Assembly: GCA_017499595.2 (NCBI GenBank)
Contig: CM039001.1
Coordinates: 2,480,001-2,544,000 of the forward strand
Source: Psilocybe cubensis
Taxonomy: Eukaryota
DNA length: 64,000 bases
Reading direction: 5' to 3'
Both the position numbers and the translations under genes were made by a program. Position 1 is the stretch's first letter, and every line of letters starts with the position of its first letter. The notes beneath the pieces were generated by a model. The model was not told the origin of the DNA. It worked only from the letters and a program-made list of their open reading frames with translations, and did no database searches. Below, piece after piece: positions 28,159 through 41,301 of the stretch.

Positions 28159-28882
28159 ATGGCCGACGTTGAGCTAATTAAGAAGTGCCTCACAGCTCAT
28201 CCCGATTTCCCTAAGAAAGTGTGTCTGTCTGCTTCGATTATATCAGTGTGTTGGCTGACGCCTTAATTGACTTCAGGGTATCGTCTTTCTCGATATCTTT
28301 CCCATCCTCCGTGATCCTTTCGTCTTCGAAACACTTATAACTCATTTCATTCAACACATCACTTCGCACACTATCGGATTGTCTGAAAAGAAGAGGGTTG
28401 ACGTTATTGTTGGTCTCGACGCCAGAGGCTTTTTGTTTGGCCCCATCATTGCGCTGAGACTTGGTGCAGCTTTTGTACCTGTCAGGAAAGCGGGAAAACT
28501 TCCTGGGGCATGCATTAGCGCAAGCTATGAGAAGGAATATGGCACGGTATGCTTCATATTTAAATTCGTAACACGAGAAACTCAGATCGAAGTTGGATAT
28601 ATAGGATTCATTTGAGATGCAAGCAGGCGCAATCACCCCAGGTCAAACTGTTGTTGTTATCGATGATCTAATTGCTACAGGTACGGGTAAACACGCAAAT
28701 GACGTGGTTAGGTTCATTAACCACTCAGTGTAATAGGTGGTTCGGCAAAGGCAGCGGGTGAACTGGTCGCCATGCAAGGAGGCCAGACGCTCGAATATCT
28801 CTTCGTCATCGAGCTCATGTTCCTCCAAGCTGCCTCGAAGCTCAATGCTCCGGTATATTCCATCGTGAAAACCGACGACTGA
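28159..28882 (+). CDS. APT1: Adenine phosphoribosyltransferase
   Basis: PDFPKKGIVFLDIFP; GLDARGFLFG; VPVRKAGKLPG; PRPP loop VVVIDDLIATGGS. Confidence 0.95.
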
Positions 28883-28904
28883 GGATCTATCAGATTATAT
28901 ATCT

Positions 28905-31900
28905 TTAAACCAACAAACGGGTGTTTATTAGTGGATGGCCGTTGATATACAATATTCGATTTGGATCTTTAGGATGTTCCTCCTCCTCTATGGGTATATA
29001 CCCCAGATCTCCCGACTCCGAATTTAATTGATGCTGCAGTGCCATCATAATCTGGGTAGATTGCATGCTTTCTGTCAGAATCAACAGATCCTCAAAAGCA
29101 TCTCCCGCCTTCTTGGGTAATAATACAACAGCTACGCTTGAAAGGTCTCCAGCATCTTCCAATTCATCGATATTCGCTGTGGGGTTTATGGCGCCTTCTT
29201 CATTGCTAATGATGATAACTCCAGCTGCCCCGGCATCACGGGCATGTACGGCTTTCTCCAAAAAGGTACACTCTCCCCGTCGAACAATTAACATACTGTG
29301 AGGGTAGGGTCGGTCGTATGGGTCGCAGCCATGGGTATTTTCAGGGTCTCGTAGGATGGGCACACCTTCGGCAGTTCGAATCCGTGGAACTGCGTCAACT
29401 GAGTCGAAAACAACATATGAGGATAAATCCGCCCCAAATTTGGCTGTATAACCCGGCACTGAAATGTCGATGTTGCCTTTGTTGAGAAGACTAATCGGCA
29501 AGGGGGCGGTGGGATCCGTCTGCACAGTAAATAGTCTAAAATTGACTTCAGGTTCACGTCGATGGAGTTCGTCTTGGGCAATACTATCTCCACCTGAGGG
29601 GAAAATTGTCGAATCATTGATATAAACCAATTGGCCTGGGCGGACGGAATAATGACCCACTGATGAAATGTGTGTCAGAAGTTAACTACTACAAATTAAA
29701 GCATAAGCTTACATTTCTTGATATCATAACCTTGTCCATCAAGACGTTGTACAATCTGAGTTCGAATGCCAGATACATTGTGAATTATATATCCATCAGG
29801 TTGAACCCCAAGTTTGAGTAAACTTGGGCTTAAATCCTCCTGCACATTTTGGCCAGGAGCGGCCAGAATAAATTCATAAGTCTGTACAGCAAGTTGAGTA
29901 AGGTAGGCAAATTCTGGGAAATGGTAGTATAAAAACACCAACATAGGGGTCGACTTTAGGTCGTTCACACCAGCCATCTGGCGACCAATATTGTTGATCG
30001 GCGTGACTAGGCGCAAGGCCTACCAACTGGCGGGCGTAATCAACATCCGGCCTTGACCTTATACCTTGGACCAGTCCTGGTCCTGGAGGTTTGCGTCGAT
30101 GATCCAGAGTTGTGACGAATGGAGTATATATTGGGCACTGGTGATTTACAATTTTTCTTGTTCGCTTTCTGGCGGAAGAAGCTGGTTTCATGTGTTGTTG
30201 GCCCAATGTTAAAATATGTCCTTCGGTGGTGAAAACGTAATTAGAGTCATCACTATGAAGAGGGTTATCCTCGTCAAAAAGGAGGTACAGGTACTGATGT
30301 GAGCAGTCAGCATTCGTTCAAGTTGATGTCATATAAATTCAAACCTTTAGGGTCTCCGACAGGGCAAAAGATTCCATTCGATCATCTCGTTTATTCGTAC
30401 GGAGATCTGAGATGCCAGCCAAACCACATTGGACTTTTGCACGGGTAGTAAGGTCGAAAAGAACTCTTTCTCCAACATCCAAATAAAAAGGGTCACGTGT
30501 AGCCTGTCAGAGTATGTGGAACACCGATTATCGAAAAGAAGTGAAGAACTTACGCGATATAAATACCAAGTAGATTCAATAAATTCTAGAAAAAGTTGAA
30601 ACAAAAGATGGACACCCCTTAAGATCCGACTTACCTGGTCGTAATGGATATGAATGAGAAGTAGCTTGTTTATAGTTTGTATCATATACTTCGGGCAGAC
30701 CTGCATGTTGCCTCCACAGGTTATAATCTGATCGATAATGAGCATGAGCGGGAGAAAAACAAAGTGCCCAACATACAGATCATGTGTAACTTGATTGCAT
30801 TTTGTACATCGCCAGCGAGGACTTGAAGCCCAGGCCAAAATGCCGATAGAGAGTCAATCGTATTGTAAGCGGCATCGCCGCTATGCATGTTCACCGTTCG
30901 GTACTGCAATGGATATCAGTCTAGTTCTAAACCAAGTAAAAATAATATTACCGAATGCCCATCTTTTGTTCTGGAAAATCGCATCAAAGCAGCGTATGCA
31001 TCATCCCAAACGTCAAGAAACTCTATTTCTCCTTTTAAAGAGGGTCAATAAACCGCATGAAGCAACGGTAAAAAGCGACCTAACCACTCATGATATACCA
31101 CTTCAAAGCATATTCATAGAAGGAATCCATACCAGCCCCTATACCTGTGGTCTCCGGGTGTGTCCAGGCCTTCGCAAGATTTAAGTCCAATTCGAATATC
31201 AATAAAAAGCAAGCTCACACCAGTCCACGTATTGATAGTATTTCCGACTAGGTCAATGTCTGACTTCCGATTCCATATACCAAAGAAAGCCTGCAGAGAA
31301 GATATCAGATTGAACAAGTATTTGCTGAAAAAATATTTACCCGATAAGCTGCCTTTTCAAAACGATCGTCGCCAGTTAAGCGACTAAGGGTTGCAAACTC
31401 CAATATCAGAGAACCTGCACCAGCGGTACCTAGATGGTATACTGAGCATGTGGACGATTTTGAAAGAAACAGTTGACTTACATGTCTCCACCGATTCGCC
31501 TTTCGCAATACCATGTCGAAGATTAATCTGAGAAAGAGGTAAGCATCTGTATCCCTTCCTTTGGAAGATAATCACCCTTGCATATGGGAGCCCTGTGGGA
31601 GTCGAAAAGGCCGGTAATAACCGCTTTCCAAGGTCGTGTGCTAGGGAAAGAAGTTCGCCTCGGTACCATGGGAGATGGAATGGCTGCCCTGTCTGATTGG
31701 CAAATATATGTGCAGAAAGAAGGCCTCCAAGAACGCGGATTGTTGTTTCAAAAACTTGGGGCTTAGTGTTGACGTCAAACGATACCCATTCGATAACATT
31801 CTTTACTGCTTTTTCGAAACCCGTACGATCATCCAGCACAACAAGGGTATCAAGAACGTCGACGAGTGTGAGAGAGAAGTTGCCTGCAACATCGTTGGCA

Positions 31901-32377
31901 GCGTAGTTGCCGCTGCGTTGACTTCAGTGTATAAGTTGGCAGCTGCATGCAGAACCACGCACACATTGGTCCAATCCGGTCCCTGCCCTGAGCACGACAA
32001 CGGGGTAAGCTATAAAAAGCATAAGTATGAGTTAAGCAAAGCATATATGTATTCAAACCTCATCCAAGGGGAAGGCTGGTGATGAATAAGCTGCAGCTCA
32101 TCGAAAATCGTTTCGAACGCCAAACACTCACCGAATGTCATATAATTATCAAATCCGTGATACCATAGTTCCCGTGTTTTTTCGCTTGAATAAGGTTAGA
32201 TAGGCGTACGCTACGGAGGGTTAGATCATACCGCGCGGCTAATTTCCGTTGGGAAGTCCAACCAGACGAAACCTTTAGAGGGCTTGAAGCGTCCGTCGCG
32301 TGAAACCACCGGGATCCATTGAAGGCAAGAAGGCCGACAACTATAAGAACCTCTGGCCAGTAGCTGCCCCACTTCAT
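28905..32377 (-). CDS. MNL1: EDEM/Mnl1-like alpha-1,2-mannosidase (GH47) with C-terminal PA domain
   Basis: Signal/TM N-terminus; [64 protein letters not shown]-domain [11 protein letters not shown]. Confidence 0.9.
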
Positions 32378-32623
32378 GGGAGGCAAAGCCTAAGAGTAAA
32401 GGGTGCAAATGTTACACCAGGGTAATGAGAACGAAGGGAGGGTTATATTATTGTGGACGTACTCACCTCAGATATAGTAATCCACTGTCGTGGCATACAC
32501 GGTCATCAATCCCGTCAGGCCGATTTCTGGTCATGTGATCTGACGCGGCAGCGCTATGTCTCTGGCAAATCTCTTGCAGTGCACTCTGATCAGTGCAAAC
32601 AGTCCAATTTTTCTTTCTTCAAC

Positions 32624-33851
32624 ATGGCATCCATAGCTGATATCTCTCAAGCACTTGGAGACTATATGCTCAGAGGATGGGTCTGCATTTTAATATCGTC
32701 TCCAAAGTTTCTACTGATGACTATGGCGTAGGTATTGACCGACCAATCATGCCCGACACCGGGGTGTGCTGTTCCTCTGCTGCGATCTCCAGCAGGCCGA
32801 ACACCCATAACCACTATATGCGCAAAATGTGATCCTACAAACCCTCGTATGTCTGCGAGTCTATCACATTTCTTTCTCTATTAACGATGGAAGTAAGCAT
32901 CTCTACCACAGGGTGTTGTACCTGCATCATCATCCAATGCCACCACGGAATCACAGCATTCGAGGTCGTCAACACCTCCAACAGAACTTTCTGAAGTCCC
33001 GGACTCTCCTTTGTTTGTTCCAATTGAAGAGTCTGAAGAAACGAGACGTCGACGTGCCCAATCTGACCAGGCATCTTCGGAAATCGGCAAGCGACTGCTG
33101 AAAGGTTGGGCTATGCTTGGTGATGAATGTCCCAATGACACATGTTATGGCGTCCCACTCGTCCGTCCTCCAAAATCAGGCGGGGAAAAGGATCCGAGGA
33201 AGGTATGTTTGCATTATGGAGAGCTTCCGAGCGAGCTTCCCCTCACACTTATCAGGAATGTGTTATATGTGGAAACGTCTATGTCTCGGGGGTAGATTGG
33301 GCTGGGACACAAACTCTAGCTCTTCAGGAAACAAAAACAGCTACAGCATCCACAGATGACAGTGTTCGCAGCCAAGCCGACAGCTCCCAGATCCGATCCA
33401 CACCTCCAACCACCTTACACCAAGTATGTTTCGTTGTTGGTTTCTATTATATCTATCTCCTGAATATGAACACCCAGGAAATACATAAATTTTCTGCTCC
33501 ATTAAACCATCAGTCTAATGACAAGGCATCGTTACAGGTCTGGTTTCCCGAGCGCATGTCTTCGAACAGCTGTTAACGGATCAAATACAGACACAGTCTT
33601 CTGTGCCCGCAGTTCCGCACTCTTTGCCTGTTTTTGAACATCACCAGAAGGGCATTACCCCTCAATCGGATTCACTTTACGATGTAACATCGCAGAGTTT
33701 AAGGACCTCTCTGCGCACGTTGACAGACAGACTCATTTCTTTAACTTCGCACCCGGCCCTGGTAGAGCCCAGTGCTATTGGTTCGACGGCAGATGCCATT
33801 TCAAAAGTAGCGCAGGCTCTTGTACAGATGAAAAATTTGGGCCATGTTTAA
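32624..33851 (+). CDS. SSSCA1/ZNRD2-like (Auto_anti-p27) protein with two Zn ribbons
   Basis: LGDYMLRGW/VLTDQSCPTPGCAVPL...CAKC and IGKRLLKGWAMLGDECPNDTCYGVPL...CVIC. Confidence 0.82.
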
Positions 33852-34188
33852 ACCACTGAAAAGTCAAAGCTTTACCAATGTCTTGCTTTCCGCATGATCG
33901 CCGACCCCTTCGAATAGTGGCCAAGCATGAAATATGAAGTGAACTGCGAACCTGCATTCGTGTTCCAGATGAGGTTAATCACCGCTAAGTTGGGTTCTTG
34001 GCTTGAGGCATTGTAACGTATACAAGTTCTGTTTATAGCATACATGTGAAGGAAGTGGATGATCGTGGAATCCCGACCTCTTATTCACATCCACATGGTC
34101 TCCTCGTGGCCTTTGTATTCTTTACTCTAGTAGTGGCGACTAAAAGCCAGCTCACAATGATACTTTCCACTGTCCATCATCATCGGTT

Positions 34189-36860
34189 ATGGCACCACTT
34201 TTCTCTTTCCTCAAGAACTCTAAGACCAACGACCGTGGAAATCACGAAACAATACCTCTACAATCTCATACATTCCAGGACATGGGAAGTATCGGGTCAA
34301 AAAGGAAATTAAAAAAACCAGGCCCTAATCGTGCGGCTACGAATATATCCAATATAAATCCGGTCGAAAATCTTGGTCTTGATACGTCACCTCTGGCCCC
34401 TAAGATTTCATCGCACCATGGCGATCCTGAGGTTCCATACGTTTATTTTACTAGTCACCATGCTATCTAACTGGCTTTTACTACGATATTTCTAGACCCG
34501 TTCGACGAGGCGAATGCAACAGGATCTACTGCAAAGGTCCACATTCCCTCCTCCATATACACCGAGTCATGTTCAAGATGAACCGAGTAATCATCCACAA
34601 ATGGCTAATAGTATAATCAGCGGCCATTTTTTCTCAGAAGGATCTCGCTATCCTCAATTCACGCCGTCGCAAGCTAGATCGTTTACTGTGCCTTCTGTTC
34701 GGAGGACTTCTTTTCCAGATGTACAAACCTACGACGAACAGATTGAGGATGAGAGTTGGGTCAACAACCAAACCCAATCCTCTCATAACCTTGCCGCTCA
34801 AATGAGAGACACAAGAATATCCGGTGCTCCGACAGGGGCAACCATTGGCCAAGATGACACCTTTTATAACCATGAACCATCTGGCGAGCAACCAGTACAT
34901 ACGTGGAGAGACGAAACTGAAGTATGTGTGCATGCAATGATAGCTATTGTATCACTAATCCTTGTACGACTCTCGTTTAGGGAGGCCCTTTTGGCGTAGC
35001 AATGATTGATGAAAATGCAGTTAGAAGGCAAAATTCTCATTACAGCAACCACCCACAGCAAATCAATGGAACGTCCTCCAGGAGACAGGCATCTGTGTAC
35101 AGCCATGGATCGGAGGAGTTTCCTGACATTGTCACTAGACGGCTCCGATCCCAACAAAGCAACCAACCCATCGCATCAAACGATTTTGTCGCCAGCAGAC
35201 CAGGTTCAATAGGTAGCAATCGCTCGAAAAGGGTCCAAGATAATATTACTAGTAGACACGGATCCCACCGAAGCAACCGACCGCAAGACTTGGAAAGATT
35301 TACAGCCAACAGACAGGCTTCCCTTCGCAGTAACCACCTGCAAGATGCCCCAGAAAAAGCGACCAGTAGAAATGGATCCCACCGAAGTAACCAGCCACAA
35401 CATACAGACGGATTCATCCCAAGCAGGCACGGTTCCATTCATAGCAATGGACACCAGGAGAACGAAAAAATTGTAACTGAAAGACTTGGATCTCAACGAA
35501 GTAACTCTCCACGAGAAATCTATGAAATTATCCCGAGCGAAAATGGTTCCCTTCGTAGCAGTCGGTCGCAAATAGATGAACCAGGTGTAGTCCTCAGAAG
35601 ACTGGGTTCTCAGGGTGACGATCAGCCCCAAGAAATGCACGAAACAATTCATAGTAGACAAGGATCTCTTCGAAGTAATCGACCACAGGAAACCAATACT
35701 ATGTTTACAAGACTTGGTACTCAACAAAGTTTACAACCTGAAGAGACCCACGACACAGATTCGAGAAGAAATATTTCCTTGCGAAGTAGTCGACCACAAG
35801 AGTTAGATGATGTTGCCAATAGGAGGTTTGGGTCTCGGAGAAGTCGGCGAGCACAAACAATGGACGAGAGCACAGGGAGACGACGAGGATCTCAACGAAG
35901 TAACCTTCCACCACAAAGCGTCCAAGCAATCATTGCCAGTAGACAAAGGTCTCATTGGGCCCAACCACCGGAAACCATTGAAGTATGTGGTAAAATCAAA
36001 CCTCTATACGCGAGGCCAACTCTGATCATATACTCAATAAAGCCTGACGTTTTCGAAAGAGATTATGGAACGGAGTCCGAATATGAGCCCGAAATATACA
36101 ACTATATCGTTCCTGCAGGCTTGAATGTTGTTTTCCAAGATGAAGACGGAAATGTCATCACGAGGTAAGGCTGTCCTTCATATCGACAGAGCTCTTGTGG
36201 TTACACTGCCATATTTGCACAGAGTAGGAAGAAAGGGCATACCTTACGAGGCCAACCGTCCAGTGCGAAGTGCGCCAATAATCGTCCACGATGAATTTGG
36301 AAGGGAACTATATCGGTCAGAATGCTGAAGGTCTATTATGACGAAGTATGACTTACCTCGCTGTAGGACAAAGAATCTCAGTTCTCCACCAAAAGTTCGT
36401 CCAGACCTGTTCAACTCCCATGTAAAAAATAGGCCTGCATGGGAAGGCTATAGTTTTGGGTAAGATTTTTTGGTTTACTGGCGTCTCAACATGCATCATT
36501 GTCTGAAACATTGATAGGTCGGGGGGCAGAATTGGAACACACGATTCCGGACAGAACCAGTAAGCTTTCATCTTTGTTTTTGGGCTTGCTATTGACTGAC
36601 TGAAAGCCCACCACCGTGGATACCAACGTCTCTGCAAAGTATGACACCTTGGAGACCGACAAAAACGATAATGGTCGATGAAAAAGGGAACCAGATGGTG
36701 CTGTAGGTTTTATTACGGTTTTCGTCAAATTCAACCAAAAACATTCAAGCAGAAAATCGCCAAACATAAACCGGGAAAGAGCACAACCAATAGAACCACC
36801 CTTTCACGATATCAGCTACCGTGCTCAAATCAACTATGCGTAAGACCTTGCATACCTTAG
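34189..36860 (+). CDS. Hypothetical low-complexity protein with ~19-aa RxxS tandem repeats; 3' end approximate
   Basis: Consecutive same-strand ORFs 34189, 34514 and 35002 joined by GT-AG introns, with further small exons to about 36860. Confidence 0.68.
35017..35972 (+). repeat. Degenerate coding tandem repeat, period 57-60 nt, about 17 units
   Basis: Units start at 35131, 35188, 35245, 35302, 35359, 35416 and 35473 (exact 57-nt steps), e.g. agtagacacggatcccaccgaagcaac and agtagaaatggatcccaccgaagtaac. Confidence 0.85.
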
Positions 36861-36990
36861 GGCGTCAGGACGATGCAGACCCAAACATAGCTGTCGAGAA
36901 TCTTGAAGACAGAATGGTCAAACAATTTTCAGATGATTGAATATCCGAACAATGTAGCTATAGTTGCCAGGAAAAACACTTGGAAGCGGG

Positions 36991-38181
36991 TTATTTCCGT
37001 TTTCCACGACTTCTTGAACCCCCTCTTCCACGAACAGAATCCCCATAGCTGAAACCTCGGGTACCAAGAGCTTTATCAACGTCTTCGCGACCCAGCCGAA
37101 GGGACCCGTTGGAAAATTTACCGACACCCATTTTGAGACCCTTAACTCGGCTTTTTGACTTGGATGCAGGAGTAGAGGCTTCGAAAACTTTCTTCAACGT
37201 CGGGTGATAATTACCTAGATTTTTAGCCTACGGAACATTAGTACTACATTTAGGAGGCCGTACATGAGAACATACCTCTTCTAGCTCTTGAAGACTGCGC
37301 TCCTTCTGTTTGTTGGTCAGGCCTTCCCGGACACGTTTTGAAGCTTTGGTTTTTTCAGCATTGCGTACTGCTCTTTCTCCTTTTCCCAATTTTGCTTCAC
37401 CCGTTAGTTCCAATACGCGACCAGCCAATGCTTTACGCCGTTTGGCTGACGGCAAATTCAAATCTGGATTCAACGAGCCTGAGAGTAGCTTGGTGTGTAC
37501 CAATTTATGAAGGAGGGCGTCGTTTTGTGCATTTGTTCTACGCCAAAGGTGAGAACTGGAATGTCTAAGTTTAAAGTAAAGTGGCGAACTTGTCTTCGTC
37601 CTCTTCTTTGGGGTCTTTTTTAAATGTCGAAGGTTCCGTTGCTCCCGTTAACTTTGTGATCTTTGAAGACTGAGAAGCACTGTGTCAGAGTATTACTTGA
37701 ACAGGGATGCATTGAACATTCACCATGAAAGCCTTCATCTGCGCTTTTGAAGCGTAGTCGTACCCTTCATCTGATTTTTTCTTAGGCCCCGGCTCCGAAA
37801 ATACAATTACCTTATTGTCTGTTTTATAGGCAAGATTTGAGGTGGTGAATTCATCGTCAGTATGTTCGAATTCTAATAAGTCATGATTATTCAGGCATGA
37901 AAATCGCTTGTTAAGGTTAGAATACCGCTGCCGCTATCTTGCTGTTCTTCACCGCTTTCTTCAGAATAAGCATTCGATAAAGATTCTTGTGCAATCCCAA
38001 ACCATTCTTCGGCCTCGTCCTCGTGTACTTTCGCGATTTTGTCGGCAGGTTGTTCTGGTTGGGTATTAGGAGGGTGTTTCCTCTTTTTTGTTTGCCCACT
38101 GGTCGAGGCGAAAGAACTAAGAAACGATCTGCCGTGATCTTCCAGAAGACTTAGTAGTCGAGCTTTTTCGGGGTCTGCCAT
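36991..38181 (-). CDS. Faf1/DUF4602-like nucleolar 40S biogenesis protein (tentative)
   Basis: LLEDHGRSFL; acidic tract; QMKAFMSSKI; LVHTKLL; RVKGLKMGVGKFSNGSLRLGREDV followed by a basic tail. Confidence 0.6.
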
Positions 38182-38449
38182 GTTCAGAGAGAGCCTATAA
38201 GTCAGGCAAGAGGGATGATTGTAGTCTGTTGAGCTATAAAAAGTCAAAATAAAAACAAATTGACGGCGGCTCGGCATCCCAGAAGGTACTATCTACGTCA
38301 CAGAACGACGAAAAAGCATACCACTACTCGGGTACATACATATAGTATCTGTCCTGAACTATATTTCACACTTTCTCCCCGTCCCAGTACACAGTCCTCC
38401 ACGCTCTCTTTATATCTCTGCCCGTTTTGGCACGCTTTTACACCTAGCC

Positions 38450-39292
38450 ATGCCTCGATCGCGTAAAGCGCCAAAATCAAGTCCTCTTTCTTCGCCATCA
38501 AGTGTCAAAGTGTCTGCCACCGCAAAACCTTTGGTGGATATTTCCGAGAACGAACAATGGCGACTGATAAACCAGACTGGGATTCTGCAATCTTCTGCTC
38601 TGAATAAACCACGCAATGAGGATGTAACAGATTCTCCGGAAGTTGGTCCTCTGGCTGACGAAATCTTCAATGCTCTCTTCCTGATAATTCCTTTCTCTTC
38701 ATTGCTATTATTGATGGAGATGTATGGTCATTCTCAGAGCAATAATCTATATCGTTGGAAACTAATGGGTACATTTTACTAGCTTAATTCGTCACCAGTA
38801 TGGAAAACCCGCCTCCTTAGAAGTCATAATGGACAGAATGCTTCCAAGTGTCCCAAGTTCGTTTTTTTTGTTTGCACCAAGTCATTCAATAACTGAAAAG
38901 ACAAAATAAATAGTCTTGTCAATTTTTATTTTCTACAGTACGTCCATCTCTCACTTTCTAACATTATGTTCCTTGGTTGATTGCTTTCCCAGCAACAAGA
39001 TACAAACAGGATTTAAAAATGCAGATACTACTTTTCGTTTTGTCAGTAACTGTCGGTGGCAGAATGTTATATCTTCTGGATAATGCTTCGTGGTTGGTTA
39101 ATATGAAACAGGCATGTATAATTTACTCTGTATTGCATGTTATTCAACATACTTTTTGAACAGTGCCCACCCTTAGCTACGATTTGGATTTACACAGTTC
39201 TTCAACTACATCTAGGTGCTGCAGTTGTCAGCCTGGCTACAGTTGGGGCCTATGTATGGTACTATAATATTCAATTATTGCGACAATACTAA
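38450..39292 (+). CDS. Conserved fungal membrane protein (about 4 TM; DUF7719-like)
   Basis: ISENEQWRLINQTGIL; IPFSSLLLLME/LIRHQYG; MKQ/CPPLATIWIYTVLQL. Confidence 0.72.
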
Positions 39293-39719
39293 TACTAGAA
39301 TGTATCCTCTGTGAGGAGTGCAAACGTCATCGTAGTACTCATCCGTGCTTAGAATGCAGGTAGTTGGCCCGGGCAACGGATGAACAGGAGATGCCATTGA
39401 AGTATTGATTTTTGCTCGAATATACGCCGGTAAAATGGGTGTGGTCTTTCCCCAAAACGGCACCTTTATCGAGCAGAGAAAAAGTATGATCCTGCAGAAT
39501 GAAAAGAGTATACGGGTCTGTCTGGCAACGAAAATTTGAGCTGGCATCCACCTTTCGGCTTTGAAGGGGGACTTTACCAACTATACTGCAGAGATGCTTT
39601 AGGAACGTGTCACGCATGTTATTGCAGGTAGTGAGATGAATGAAACCTGCCGTTCATTTATGAATTCAGCTCATAAAATGTCGAAAGGAGACAATAGTAA
39701 TGAAAATATGTCTCGACAA

Positions 39720-41301
39720 TTATATTCCTTCCCCTGTGTCGAGCCGACTTGATAATATCTCAACCTTTTTCTGTGAAGATGTTGAGACGCTTAAAAAGAG
39801 ATCAAGTTGGCCAACTCACACGATACGTTACAGTTCGACCCTCCAGGACTTCCTTGAGCACTTGTATTTGCCATTTGAGACGTCTGCTACATGACCGCTG
39901 GATTTCACTTTTGTGTCGATGCAGCCGTTCAATAAACGCCTTGTAGACACGGTCATCGCGAGCGAAATAATATGACTAGTCAAAACCTGGTCAGATATCG
40001 TCATAACAAGTATTATTCGAATACCCACTGGCATAGATTCTCCTATGATACTTTGTTGTACGTTCGACCAAGCTGCCATCATTAACAAATCCCTGGTGTA
40101 GTTCAGTGACGATTTCAGTCTGGATATAAAATGACAACATACGCAGTAGCGTTAGCTATACTACCAGAAAGAAATCAGTTAGACGAAGACAGCATCACAC
40201 AAGACAAAAGAACCATACTAATCTTCCAACGAAGCTATTAGGTCTGCTTTCCCCATCTCTTTCGTTGCAAATTTCCTCACCGCTTCCCCAGCAACTTGGA
40301 CTGGTTTGCCTTCTGTTCCTGCTTTAAGTGCCCGGGACACAGTCGAAGCTTGTGCATAAACCCATTTGTCGCCCTCACTCATGATCAAAGTTTGCATGAA
40401 GGAAGCAATAAGCTCATTCTGAGATTTTGCGAGGCCTTCGTTGATCGCGAGTTTGAGACCAACCCCTGAATACTCGGAGTTGTAAGCATGATATATGTGG
40501 GACAATGCGAAAGCTGGATTTACTCACGTAGGGCTTTAAGGTAGGTTTGTGTTTGTGTTTTTTGTATATCTGCGTCTTCGAGATAGTTTACCCATTTGGA
40601 AAATGCCCCCAGTAACACGATGGCAACGTCTTTGTTCCCGGTTCGAATGGCATGCACAAGGGGAGTTTCTCCCCCTGAGCTTTGTAAAAGAAGCTAGAAG
40701 GAAAATCCATAAATGTCTATAGCAGACAAAACGATAAAGCCAACGAACTGGGAAAGCCTTGTCGCGAACTTCCATGAGAAACATGATATCTCTGTCTTCT
40801 ACGGCCTTCATTATTTCATATGGCTTCAAATACACATATTGTGAGTGAAAAGAATATATGTTATATAGAAGGCCTACCTGTACATCGGCCCATCCTGAAG
40901 AGGGTACACGGCTAAGACGAGGGCCAACCATAGATCTAACAAAAGACCTGATTGAAGGAGAACGAGGTGATGAAGAGCTTCGAGGACGTGGTTTCTCAAT
41001 ATCCTGAGGTTCAATAACGCTTTCTGTGTCAAGGGTCTCTTCTATTGAGTTCTTGAGCATCTGGTTCATGAATGCTCTGGGGGCAAGTCTCTCTGCTTCG
41101 CGTTGAATAACCCCTGAAAATACAGATTTGTCACGTCGGGTTACATTCACGGATCTGTTTATCCTCACCTGTCGTTGGAAGCCGCTCTGGTAAGCATGGA
41201 TCTGAGGTTACCCGTCTTCTAGCACGTCTTCTTGATGAGGTACTAGGAAATTCAGATGATCCACCTAAAGCTATTATGATTGAAGCGTTGTTGAAGGCCA
41301 T
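39720..41301 (-). CDS. Hypothetical protein with an ankyrin-like TPLVHAI segment; start approximate
   Basis: Exons splice into PYEIMKAVEDRDIMFLMEVRD...GETPLVHAIR...LKLAINEGL...YIANAT...FARDDRVY...LDTGEGI*. Confidence 0.75.

Noticed and set aside
35040..35727. Minus-strand ORFs with repeated LLRWDP motifs
   Set aside because: Antisense shadows of the RxxS repeat exon.
34189..36168. Repeat protein as a KEP/RiPP peptide precursor
   Set aside because: No signal peptide, no regular KR sites, and no neighbouring DUF3328, POP or methyltransferase genes.
39275..39617. Short ORFs and a Cys-rich frame (ECILCEEC...CLEC) between convergent genes
   Set aside because: No splice phase links the Cys-rich frame to a start codon and no family is recognisable; probably UTR.
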